Of a DNA stretch of 64,000 bases, positions 35,370-46,900 are shown piece after piece (the stretch's first letter is position 1; every line of letters starts with the position of its first letter). Below the pieces are notes generated by a model. It searched no databases. It was not told the DNA's origin and saw only the letters and a list, made by a program, of their open reading frames with translations. Source of the stretch: Schizochytrium sp. TIO01 (Eukaryota > Protista > Bigyra: Labyrinthulomycetes); NCBI GenBank assembly GCA_004764695.1, contig SMSO01000006.1, positions 263,859-327,858 of the forward strand. The letters run 5' to 3'. The position numbers and the translations under genes are program-made.

Positions 35370-36906
35370 AGTGAACAGAGTCTATTGGACGTATTACCGG
35401 ATTTGAGATTGTAAAACCTGCTGGTGATACAATCTAAAAACGCATTCTACACTGCTTTCACTTTTACGAACACATTGACTATTGAACATTAGTGCAACTA
35501 CAGCTAGCCTACCAAATGTAATTAGTGGGGCGCAGGCAACGTTGTGAGTTTAAGATGACTCATTTTTACGATCAACTTTACTGTGCGTGCAATGCGAGCG
35601 AGGTTGCAGCATTTCACAAGCTGTTCTTTGAACCAACTAGATATTCTTACCGCCTTGTTATCTCTCTCCGCAGAAGGAAATATATATTTTTTTCCTTTCT
35701 CCTTTCCACTAAGGACTGCGTTGGTGATGTATAAGATTTCTTTTGACTACATACACTTTGTTTTTAAATTTCTAGGGTAAATTTTCCTTTGAAGCAGCTA
35801 CTACGACCTTGTCCTTTAACTCTTCTTCTTCTTCCTCGTTTATGTGGCACACTTTAGGCTCGACAGGTTCTGGGCTCATTACTGCAAACAAACTGTAATG
35901 AGATAACCTGACTAAGGCTACTAATGAAGTGTGTTTCGGCAGATCTATTAGGCTGGGCTAACACTCAGACCCAAGACATAGCGTAAAGGATTTATGAATA
36001 CTTAATCTCCTCGAGATTATCGTGATGTTAAACATGGACTATAAACTTCGCGGCATCTGTAACTCACACTCTAACTCTAAGCAAGTTTTCTTGGCTAACA
36101 TTTTCTGTTCTCATCCATTCCACCCTTTTCGTATGCGTAGCACATTGTTCGTAATTAGTAATGTTAAATAATAAATGAAAAGTGACCTTTTGTCTTTGAA
36201 GCCAGGTCGTAAGGTCTTCCTTTCGAGTAAAAACGTAAAGATGGAATTGTCCGCCACACAACCTGATCTTGCAATTTTCTAGCCATGAACATGCAAATTA
36301 TCGCTATTCATACGAAAGATGAAAGAACTTTTACATAATCACATGATATGATGTGTCGTAGCAATTTCTTCACAACAGTACGTAGCCTTTTGGTTATGTA
36401 TAATGAGGGAAGAGAGAGGATCGAATTCTACAACGGAGACCTAGCTAGATCAAGTATATGGATTGATTGTTATGGGAATTTGCACGTCACTGACAAATTG
36501 CTAAGCAGGTTTTTCTTAAATATTCAAAATTCGAGCTTCAAAACACAAGATGTAACAAGCAGGTGAGAAAAGAGGTGTGAAGGATGAAGTGGAAAATAGA
36601 AGTTGTAGTTGCTAGTACTATAGTTGGCTAAAGATAATATATACAATCGCATGCACATCAACGACTACTAATGTACAACGAGAAATAGACGCGGCGACAC
36701 ACGATGGACTTCAATAAAGGCGAAGTTGAGACACGAGAGTGTACGAATGAATAGGTGATATAAAAACTTCTTCACCACGAAGAAGTTTTCGTCTACAATG
36801 GCGTTCCGTAGCACACTGTTTTCTTTGTCACAAAGAAATCATCTTTTGTTCAAAGAGTTGCCTCGTCAAAAAAAATTGGCTGTGAAGAGGGTTGCATGGA
36901 TTGAGA

Positions 36907-37923
36907 TTAACGACGGTCAGAGCAGTTGGACTTGGAAACACAACGGCCCTTGTTGGTGTCAAACCATTTTGAGGAATCCTTGCAGTAGCAACCAGGCACA
37001 CAAGCGGCAATGCATGTGGTAATCTTGGCTTCACCACAAACCTTGACATCACAAGCGGATCCACATGAACGGTACTCCATAGTGTACGGGCATTGCTCAG
37101 AAGACTCATCCTTAGAGGATGCCTCTTCGTCGTACTCGAGGCTGGCAGAGGTAGAGTTGGTGGAGTTAGAGGAGTTATCAGACTGGGGATCAACCTCAGG
37201 ATCGGTGGAGAGGTCACTGGAATCGTACTCAGAAGCAGTCACATGGCCAGGTCCAGTGACAATATCGTAATCGTCACTAGAAGACTCAGAGGCAGTCACA
37301 TGGCCAGGTCCGGAGACAAGCTCATAATCGTCACTAGCGGTCTCTTGCACAACACTGACGTCAGGCTCGGTGATAAGGTCGTACTGGTCGAGAGACTCGG
37401 ACTTCTCAGTTGAGGTAACGTTGTCCTCGCTGTACTCAGAATAGTTGCCGTATGTAGTGTACACATCGAGGGAGCCAGCGCCGAGGTAAGCGTCATCACT
37501 GGAGGTCTCATCATCAGCAGAATCATCACTTGCGACATAGAGGTCATCGGTGGAGGCCGCTGTCTCGCTGGTGGAGCTTGACTTGGAGGATGATGAACAG
37601 TCGCTTCGGGAGGACACACAGGTGAGGGTGGACTTATCAAAGTAGTCGCTGGAGTCATCACAGCGGCAGAACTCCTTTTGAAAGGCAAGAGTCTCAGCAT
37701 CAGTCCAAGACGATTGCATGCTAATCATGGCGCACTGGGTGGGTTCGTCACAGTCCGAAGAAACAGAGACACCGCACACGCGCTCGTCACAGGGCGAGTA
37801 GCAGGAACGGAAATGAGTGCCACTGGGGCAGCTGGGAAGAGTGTTGACTGCCTCGGTTTGAGCAGTGGATGCAATGGCGACGGCCGCGAGAGTGATCACA
37901 AACTTGGACATGAATGTGGTCAT
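36907..37923 (-). CDS. Secreted protein with two TIL (trypsin-inhibitor-like Cys-rich) domains flanking a long Ser/Asp/Glu-rich linker
   Basis: 338-aa ATG ORF with signal peptide. C-terminal canonical 10-Cys TIL (CPYTMEYRSCGSACDVKVCG...CIAACVPGCYC...CVSKSNC). N-terminal 10-Cys variant. Confidence 0.9.
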   Translation of the reverse strand: MTTFMSKFVITLAAVAIASTAQTEAVNTLPSCPSGTHFRSCYSPCDERVCGVSVSSDCDEPTQCAMISMQSSWTDAETLAFQKEFCRCDDSSDYFDKSTLTCVSSRSDCSSSSKSSSTSETAASTDDLYVASDDSADDETSSDDAYLGAGSLDVYTTYGNYSEYSEDNVTSTEKSESLDQYDLITEPDVSVVQETASDDYELVSGPGHVTASESSSDDYDIVTGPGHVTASEYDSSDLSTDPEVDPQSDNSSNSTNSTSASLEYDEEASSKDESSEQCPYTMEYRSCGSACDVKVCGEAKITTCIAACVPGCYCKDSSKWFDTNKGRCVSKSNCSDRR

Positions 37924-38813
37924 TTTTGGATAGAAGGAGTCTGTGAGAGTAGTGGTAAAGCTTTTCTACTTCTGCTGTTGCTTTTCTTTCTTTGCTGTTT
38001 GAGTTTTGCTGATCAGAAATTGGTCGGCTGACTACGAAGCGGGGAAAATTCACCGCACGAGGCAAACGCACACCTAAACTCTGTTATGACAAGGAACGGC
38101 TCAAAGTTGTCTTTCTATGTGTTGCCGCTGTCTTCTGCACAAGTGTGTGCGTGAAACTCCGCTCGATCGCAGAAATGTATCTCACGAAAGATTGATTTTC
38201 TTCCCTCGCGCAAATGCCACGAGGAGCTATAAATCTGGGGGTGTGCGGCTTTAGTCCGAGACGGAAGACGGAATTCGCTATGGCTTCAACCGCCTGCTGC
38301 TACCTTGTGTATGCACTCGGTAGTAAGCGTATGCTGAGTCGCGCTGCGTCAAGTTCTTCTCGCTCACTCGAGCGGGATTCACCTCGATTACAGTGCTGGC
38401 CAACTAACAACTCAAGCTAGCTAGAGCTGTCTCCTGCTTCTGCTTCTTTACCTAGGACTACTTGCAAGTAAGCAGGTAAAGTAAGTATGCCTAAGCTGGT
38501 GTTCGCTCGGGGTTGAGTTCGGGTTTTGCTTTGCTTTGCTTTGCTTTGCTCGGGCTGGGATGCCGGCTGGTGTTTGGTTTCTGTCTCTGGGGATCTAGAT
38601 AAAACTACTGTATGGGCTCGAGAGCAAAGGCAGACTAGAGTCAAGTGATTGTCTGCGGCGCTGAGTCAGAGTGGCTCAGAGTGATTCGGGTTTGCTTTCC
38701 TGTTTCTTTCTCTTCTCCCTTTCTTTCTTTCTCTCCCTCTCTTTGTTTTTCTTTGTTTTTCTTTGTTTTTCTTTGTTTCTTTAAGGAAGCGTCTCGAACA
38801 AGACGGGTCTCGA

Positions 38814-38816
<3 letters not shown>

Positions 38817-38856
<40 letters not shown>
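38817..38856. repeat. (CT)20 microsatellite
   Basis: Read directly. Confidence 0.95.
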
Positions 38857-38860
<4 letters not shown>

Positions 38861-39037
38861 GGAAAGAAAGTTTTCCATTAAAAAGAGAGTATTATGGTTA
38901 AGGCAAAGAAGGAGGAATAGAACGGCGTGACAGACAGAGTTCTTCTTTTCTGCTAAAAATGTTACTTTTTTATTTTTGCAGGGAGGCAAAGATCAAAATA
39001 GAACAGCAGCACCAAGTCTGTTTGTTTCCATTCATTT

Positions 39038-39061
39038 AAAAAAAAAAAAAAAAAAAAAAAA
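39038..39061. repeat. Poly(A) tract (24 nt)
   Basis: Read directly. Confidence 0.95.
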
Positions 39062-39723
39062 CATTTTTACAGAGAAATGCTGTTCTTAAAATGTTTTAAA
39101 GAAGAGGAGGAGGCAAGATAAGGAAACAAGAGAAGAAGAAGAAACAGCCCCTTTTTGGTCTCTGTTTCCTTTCATTGCCGCCTCTGTGCCGAACCTTCCT
39201 CTCTTCGATGCTCTTTAGTGCTGCCGCTGAGAAGGGAAGAAAGTTACATATTTTAAAACTTGAACACGCAAAACATAAGGAGAAGGGAGGAAAAAAAGAA
39301 CATGGACCTGTTTTCTCCCTCTGTATATAGATAGATATATATATATACCCTCATTTGCATTCCTAATTTTAGTTTTTAAAATAGAGTGAGAAGCTCTGTT
39401 CTCTTCGATTGCCAGCCAGACTCAGAAACTCCCCTGGCCGCGTGAGGGGACAGACTCAAGCCGTAGCGTTCCGTCTTCAACCCGGCAAACGTTCCCTGAA
39501 AATAAAAAAGCGAGCGAGGCGGAGAACCGAACCATGGCCCTTAGACATAGACGTTCTGTCTCCTTCGGGTTGCGGTTTTTAAAAAGGGTTTCAATATGGC
39601 GATCCAGGCGAACGCAAGATGGGAGGTCTCACAATGTTTGTGTCCCTCTTTGCTCTCTCATCCTCTGTTTCTTCTTTCGCACCAAATTTTGAGTGTTCTG
39701 TTCGTTCACTGTCGAAGCAGAGG

Positions 39724-39769
<46 letters not shown>
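39724..39769. repeat. (GA)n microsatellite
   Basis: Read directly. Confidence 0.9.
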
Positions 39770-39776
<7 letters not shown>

Positions 39777-40992
39777 GAAGAGAAGAGAAGAAGTCTTCAG
39801 AGAGCGGGAAAAAGAGAGCTGCGTTGTTGATTCTGCGCTCAACTCACCTTAAAGCTCAATCGTTTAGTTTGGTTTGCCGAAGAGAGAAAGAGAGAGGCCT
39901 CGATAAGGCAGATGGCCGGTGCGGATCGAGCACAGGCGGCGGTGCGTGCGTACCCTCACTCTTCTCCACGCTTGAAGAAGAAGAGCAAGTAGAACAGGGG
40001 TGGGTTGTCTGTCCTTCTAAAAGCGCGCCGCTGTCCCCCCGTTCTTCCTCTGTACTCAGGTCGTTCTTTTCTTTCCGTGATCTTTTCAAACTTAAAATAA
40101 ATTAATGAAAAGAATCGCTTTTTCTTGTTCTTAAAAAAGTAAAAAAGTAAAAAATTGAATTGGCCTGTTCTGCAAATGAGGTTTGAATTAAAAAAACTAA
40201 ATCAAAATCGTGAAAGACAGAGAGAGGGAAAGAAGGAAGTGTTCCAACCTTCTTCTTGTTCTTCTTCTTCGAGCTATGGTTTCTAAAACATTCATTCACC
40301 GATTCTTTCGTTCTGTTTTGCCGCACGTTTGTTTTGAAGTGCCGCCTTCGGGAACCCCTTATTATTCTTCTTCTTCTTATTATTCTTCTCGTTATTCTTG
40401 TTCTTCTTCTCTGCGCCGACTCGTTTGGAGGCCACGATCCCATCACCGGCCGAGAGCGGGGCCGCAAGTCTGGTCCTGACTGGCTGCTGCCGCGCTCCTT
40501 CTGCCGTGTCTCGAGATCGAAGAGCTCTTCTCTCTTCTCGTCTCTTCTCGTCTCTTCTCTTCTTCTTCGTTCGGCTCTCCATTCTTCAGCATCTTCAGCA
40601 TTTCCACTTCAAGTTCATTTTACTTCTACTGTCCTTTTAATAAAAATAATAAAATAATAATAATAATAAATATAATAAAAATAGCAGTAATAACAATAGC
40701 AGAGAAACGTTTCCATTTCCTTTGGATTCGGTTTTTAGCTAACTTTTATAAAGTTGAATGGTGATAATGACGTATGTATGTATGTATGTACGTATAGAGT
40801 GCCTGAAACAGAACGGTCCTGGCTGGGAGGGAGGGGCCCGTTCTTTCTTGCGGCGTTCTTTCTTCTCCGTCGCAAAAAGAAGAAAGAAAGAAAGAACCGT
40901 GGGAGAGGATGAGTGCTTCAGATGAGGTCTCGAAGTCTCAAGCGCTGCGAGAAGAAGAGAACTCGAGACGCCTCGCGAAGCCTCGCGAAGCC

Positions 40993-41041
40993 TTGCTCTT
41001 GGTCTTGGTCTTGCTCTTGCTCTTGCTCTTGCTCTTGCTCT
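40993..41041. repeat. (TTGCTC/TTGGTC)n hexanucleotide repeat
   Basis: Read directly. Confidence 0.85.
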
Positions 41042-43336
41042 GGCTTGGGAAGCAGCAGCTCAGGACTGCGGCTGGGCACTGGCGCAGACAGGTTCCCGCC
41101 GCCTGCTCGCGAGGTCTGTGGCTGGGTGCGACAAGGAAGACCTTCGAGGCTTTGCTTTTCCTGGAATTCAAATTCCATCCTTGAATTTGATGGATTTCTC
41201 GATTGAATTAAATTCGAAATCCAAGATCGTCACGACGGCCATGAGGCGCCTGCAGATGGGTTGGTTGCACTGCCGCCGCAGATAATCATCACCGCCACTT
41301 CGCGGCGAGGCGAAGGAGTATGAGGGCGATGCGGAGGGCCTCTCGTCTCGAAGGAGCTTTCTTTCGTGCGAGGAGAAGTTCATCTTCTGCCGCTCAAACA
41401 TGAGGACAGATTTGCTGCTACCTCGAAGAGGCGTCGCTCGACGACTAACTCCACTCGCGTACACGAACAAGGCGGAGAAGACGTTCTGAGCCACCCACGC
41501 ACGAGAAGGCGCTGCTGCCTGACCGCTCGCCGCCTCGCTACGAGGCTTGCCTTGAATCAGCACCGCCTGCTGAAAGCGACCTGCTGATCAAGGCAATTCG
41601 AATTCATTTACACGAGGGAAACAAACTCATGAGCTCGAAGGAAAACAAGTTGACGACCTTGTTCAGATTGTGTCCTATCGGCCGACCACGGATCCATTCG
41701 CTCATCAGGCAGCAAGGTTGTGGAGCCTCTGGCTGATCGGCCGCATTCATTCAACTCCACCACGGTGGGTGATGGCGCTTGAGGCTTGGCCGCGCCTCGG
41801 AAACTGAATGGCGAGTGGTTGGATGTTTTGACTTCGAATGGATATCGGGTTCAGAAGGCTCGAGTAGTGCCACGAACGAATAAAACCAACCAAGTGTACA
41901 ATCTGGAGCGAGCGTGATCAAGTCCTCGAACTGCCAGAGAACCAACCGCCTGAGCTGGAAATGATGGCTCAAGAAGGCCAAGACTTCGCTCCAAATCTCA
42001 GCTTTTCTCTTTGCACTCCTCTTTCATAGGACAAACAACCAATGACCTATGAAAACCTGCACAAGCAACCGGCAAAGAAGGAGGTGAAGTTATCTAGCTA
42101 GCTAGCTAGCTAGCTAGCTTCACCAAAGCGGAGGGAATTGTGGCACTCTGTGGAATTTTGGCCCTGAGATCGCAGGCGATCGCAAATCTATTCGCGCCTA
42201 GGAACGTACTGTCTCGCGAGCTTATAATAAGTCTAGTCGCCCGGGCTCAGGGAAGCAAAGCCGCGCCTAGTCCTGCTCTGCTCGTGGAGTCCTCGAGCTG
42301 GCGAGGCAAGCTGACAGCTTTGCGCCAAAGCTGGCTGTGGGTACGCTTCTCGGTGTTCGAGCCCACAACCAACCAACATTTCCCCCACAGTCACTGTCGC
42401 CGGACTTCCATCACGATCTCAGCATCAGCCTCAGAGAATGAGAGAAGGCCTCGCTGGGACGGCTGCATTTACCAGCAATCTGTTATAATTTATCCCATTG
42501 ATCCATTCATTCATTCAATCATTGATCCATTCGATTGGTATTGGTTGGTTGATTGATTGAGGACGGAGCTCTCGTTCGCCCCGGCATTCCGCTTCTCTCC
42601 GCCGCGGCGGAGGTTCTCAGGCACCTGGGCTTGTTTTGGCTCCAAATATCGGGCCCTGTGCAGAAAAACTGCAAGGTTTTCTTGAGTGCAGAAAGCATCA
42701 ATTCGCCCGAGATCCCCAAATCTCTGCTTCGAATTTCGGCCCAAGCCAGTAAGCATTCGCAACTGCAAAGTATTCGCAAACTTGCGATCGGAAAGCGAGT
42801 CAGTCGTGATCTATCTCCAAGCCTCCGTCGAATCCGAGCTCTTCTTCGCAGACGCAGGACTCTAAGCCGATCAGCCAGTCGCCGCGCAGTCCGCCATCCT
42901 CTCTGCGAATCGCATCAGCCGCTGCTCCTCAACCTCAAGCCGCCCTTCCTCTAATTCAAAGGCCCTTCCTTCTCTCACGGCAGCAGCACTTGGGCGGCTG
43001 CCTGACCCGGCATTCCATGAATAAATGAATCCCAATGCGAATTGCGGCGACACGTGACTTCTTTTCGCAATTCATTTCCAAGAACTGTGGAACATCCGCC
43101 AGTTTTCATTCATGTCTTTGATGGTTCATGGCTTTGATTGTTGGTGCCTTCGATTACTCGTGCGTTTGGTTGTTCATGCCTCTGATTGTTCATATGTGTA
43201 TCCATACATGCATGCATGCCTGCATAATACGTACGTACACATATGCATGCATCTTTATAAAATAAAATAAATTTGAAAATTTGTGAAATATTCTTTAAAC
43301 TTTAAAAATAGATAAATAAATATTTACCCCCCCCCC

Positions 43337-43464
43337 AAACAAACAAACAAACAAACAAACAAACAAACAAACAAACAAACAAACAAACAAACAAACAAAC
43401 AAACAAACAAACAAACAAACAAACAAACAAACAAACAAACAAACAAACAAACAAACAAACAAAC
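43337..43464. repeat. (AAAC)32 microsatellite preceded by a C10 run
   Basis: Perfect run read directly. Confidence 0.97.
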
Positions 43465-43787
43465 AAAAAAGATACAGAAAAGAGTAATTTGCAAAAGCAA
43501 CGCCGCGGCTTGAAACCTCAAAGCCACCTCGCCTTCGAACAGTCCTGGGCCTCCACGGCAGAAGCTCGAGTGTCCTCAGGGCCCCGGCACAGCGACCGGT
43601 GGCGGCCAGCACAGCCCGCGATGCTCCAGGGCCGCGGGAGCGCTCCCACGGTCGGCGCCGTTGCCGCGTGTATGTCTCGCGGCGAGGCTTCTTCCTAAGA
43701 CTCGGGGCGTTACGAGCCCCTTTGTGAGCCCTTGCGAGACCCGGCAGGCCCTTAGGGCCCATTAGCGCCGGCTAATGATTCATTACA

Positions 43788-43925
43788 CAGAAGAAGAAGA
43801 AGAAGAAGAAGAAGAAGAAAGGCAAAGAGGGAGGAATTTGAATTTCGAGGAAGGGAATTTGAATTTCGAGGAAGGATTTTTGAATTTTGAATTTTGAATT
43901 TTGAAATTTGAAATTTGAATTTGAG
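43788..43925. repeat. (GAA)n, then a 21-bp duplication and (TTTTGAA/TTTGAAA)n heptamers
   Basis: Read directly. Confidence 0.8.
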
Positions 43926-46900
43926 AGGAGTGATTTTTGAATGTGCGAGAGGAGCCATGAAAGCACTATCCAATCACTCATTCATTCATTCGGGTTCAAT
44001 CGAATTCAATCGAATTCATTGGAGTTCATGCGATGGGATTGGAGCTCGTTCGATGGAGGGAGGCTCGCGTGCCGCCGTCTCGCAACGTCGATGCTGTCGG
44101 GACAGGCCTCCCGCGTGAGCACCTGCCTGCCTGCTGCACCAACTGGTCGCGGCCAGACTCGGAGAGCGAGCTAACGCGACGCCCTCATTCCACTGCCTCG
44201 GCGACTTCAACCACGATCGCGACGAATCTTGGCTCGAAAAGCCTTCGACTTACAGCTCTCTATCTCCTTTCAAGTTGGATCCGTGCATGCATCAACATCA
44301 CTTGGCAGCTTGGTGCAAAGGAGGCAGGCATCGTGAAGAACGAGACGAGACGGTCATTGATGATAAAACGTTTGCAACGACGAGTTGGTAATCGCCGATG
44401 CTGAGCGTGATGCTGAGCGTATTGCGCGATCCTCGATCTTTTTCAGATGCTTGCAGTTCTTGTTGCTGTGCCAGCCGTCACGAGGACCTGCGCTCTGAGG
44501 AGAAAGCACGGCGGTGATCCAAAGAGACGGGCACGTTGGAGGACTTTCCAAGATGCGTGCGTGCGCGGATGATAGATAGCTTTGGTCTTCTTGCCAATCT
44601 TTTATTTCTTTGGTTAGGTCAACGGAGAGGGGGGAATGGTTGACGTTACAAACATTGTGAATTCATGCACAGTACGCAAGAAGACGCATAGGCTTCCAAG
44701 CAGCCACAGACTGGTAGCACACACAAGGTCTGAGACTTGCAGCAGTAGCAGCAGCACCAGCAGCACCAGGAGCAGCTTCTCGTAGCAATGCTCTAGGCTA
44801 TTTGGGTTCCATATTCTGCTGGAGGCAGGCAGGCAGGCAGGAAGAAGCTGCAAAAGGATTGGACCATAGATTACGACATGCGCTGATATGGTTGTAATAT
44901 CTGTTATCTGCGTGCTTACTTGAGGTGCCTATTTGAGTGGACGGGGGTCATGACTCGTGGGCGGTGGGGAATTCCAACCACAAATCCACCAATGAATGAA
45001 TGAATGAATGAGTGAATGCATCGATCAATCAATTTTATTGTTGCCGAAATTGTTTAAAGCAGCTGTGTCTTGCTAGATACTGTGAGCCATAGCGCAGGCT
45101 GGTGCGGATGGCTGAGCAAATAATTTTATCTTGGCATTTGTTTGATTATTTGATTATTTGAGTATTTGATTGATTGATTGATTAATTGATTAATTAACTA
45201 ATTACAAGCTGGACTACTACTAGCTACCTTCCTACGTACCTACCAAGAGATTATAAACGCGGTAGTTGTGAGGACTCGCGCGAGATGGATCTCTAGCTGG
45301 AAGAGTCAGTGATACCGGTACCGCTTAGGAGGACTTCTAAGGCTATCCGGGAGCGAGAGCGCAACAGAGACTGTGGCCCCATCCAGATTGATGATCATAA
45401 GACATGAGATATGATATGATTCGTGAATCGCTTTCAAGGCTACGAATTCAAGAAGCACGTTATTTTCAGGCGCTCCTCTCATCTTAGTACCCTCCGGTCC
45501 TCGAAATTTCGCGCGCGCCGTCGCTCATTTCCACAGAGCTCGAAAGACCGGTGGACTCGATCCCCGCCAATGGCTGGCGCGCGAGTTCACGCGCGTCCTC
45601 GCCACGACTAAAAGTTGGTTTTCCTTGCACGATGAATGACACAGGAAAGGTGGTAGATAACTTGAAAGGTACTGAAAGCAATGACAGCACGAAGCGAGTG
45701 GATCGAGGAAGTGATCAAGTGAGTTCCAAGGACTCAGTCAAGCTAAGCATATTACGCTCACTTCCTGCCATCTTGAATTTGAAGTTTTCTGTATGTTCGT
45801 TTGCTTTGGGTGGTTTGTAATGCCTTGGACCATGCTGCTTGTGTAAGATGATGTGCTCGAGTGTTACAGCGCCTGGCCGGTGGTGGGTGGACCTGGAGGC
45901 CAGAGTTGGAGGTCCACACAAGCGAACGAGTGAAATTTGGTGACAAGGTTTTGCTGACATGCCGAGTCCTTTGCACTTTAGTTAGCATTCCTTCATAAAA
46001 AGACCCTCTCTGCTGCTCGCGACGCCATCATTTCTGGCGAGCGCGCACAATGCGGAGCTTATCCGGGGCGCAGCGAAATCGAGGCAGATAATTCCAACCT
46101 TCAAAAGAGACCGCCAACGGTACCAACGGCCTTTTTGCTTCGGGTTCATCGTCAAGTTCCTACTTCTATATTCTCGTTTTCTTCAGCTGGGAAGAAAGCT
46201 GGCAGTGAGCGAGCTGGGCGCTCTTCCGGTGGTTTGCGAAGGTGATGGTCATCCTGGCCAAATGAAACGTCAAATGGAGCTGATGAAGCTTGCTTGCAAG
46301 ATCTTGAGACTCCTGCGCGCTATGAAGATACCCCAGTTGAGCATCTTTCTCCATGTTTTAGTATTGTCCATCGCAGCTTTATGAAGTTGAACAAGGGCTC
46401 CGTTCCCAATTGGAGCGCATAAATGATGAAGTTGCAAATCAGTTGGTTAATGTGCGATGCTACGATGCTGCCACAATCCTTGCTGAGCGCTCTCCATTGA
46501 AAATTTCACGTGGCGGCGCTGCACAGGAAGTTGTCGTGAGAATAAAACCGCTAGCCACCAATCTCCACTCCGTCAAACGACTTTGAAGAAGCCCGCGAGA
46601 AAGAAAAAGAGCTCTTTCCACGAGTGGTCTTGAGCGCTCTCAAGGTCTCACCGCGCCCGCCGGCGAAACCCGGGCACCTTTACTGTCAGGCGCCTAATAC
46701 TAACTACTGCATAACTACGACTACCACTGCTTTTCCCACTCGATTTGTGTTGAATGACCGGAATTGGCACGTTGCTCTTATCATCGATGAACTTTAATTA
46801 GTAGAAAGGGAGGTCATCTTCCGCTCAGGAACTCTGGAGAGAAAGACGTCCTTCAGGTTGTTCTTTGCGTTTTCAATCGCGAGCTGAGTCTGCAAAAACT

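Noticed and set aside
45887-45917. 8-bp inverted repeat GTGGACCT...AGGTCCAC
   Set aside because: A short stem with a 15-nt loop is expected by chance in 64 kb.
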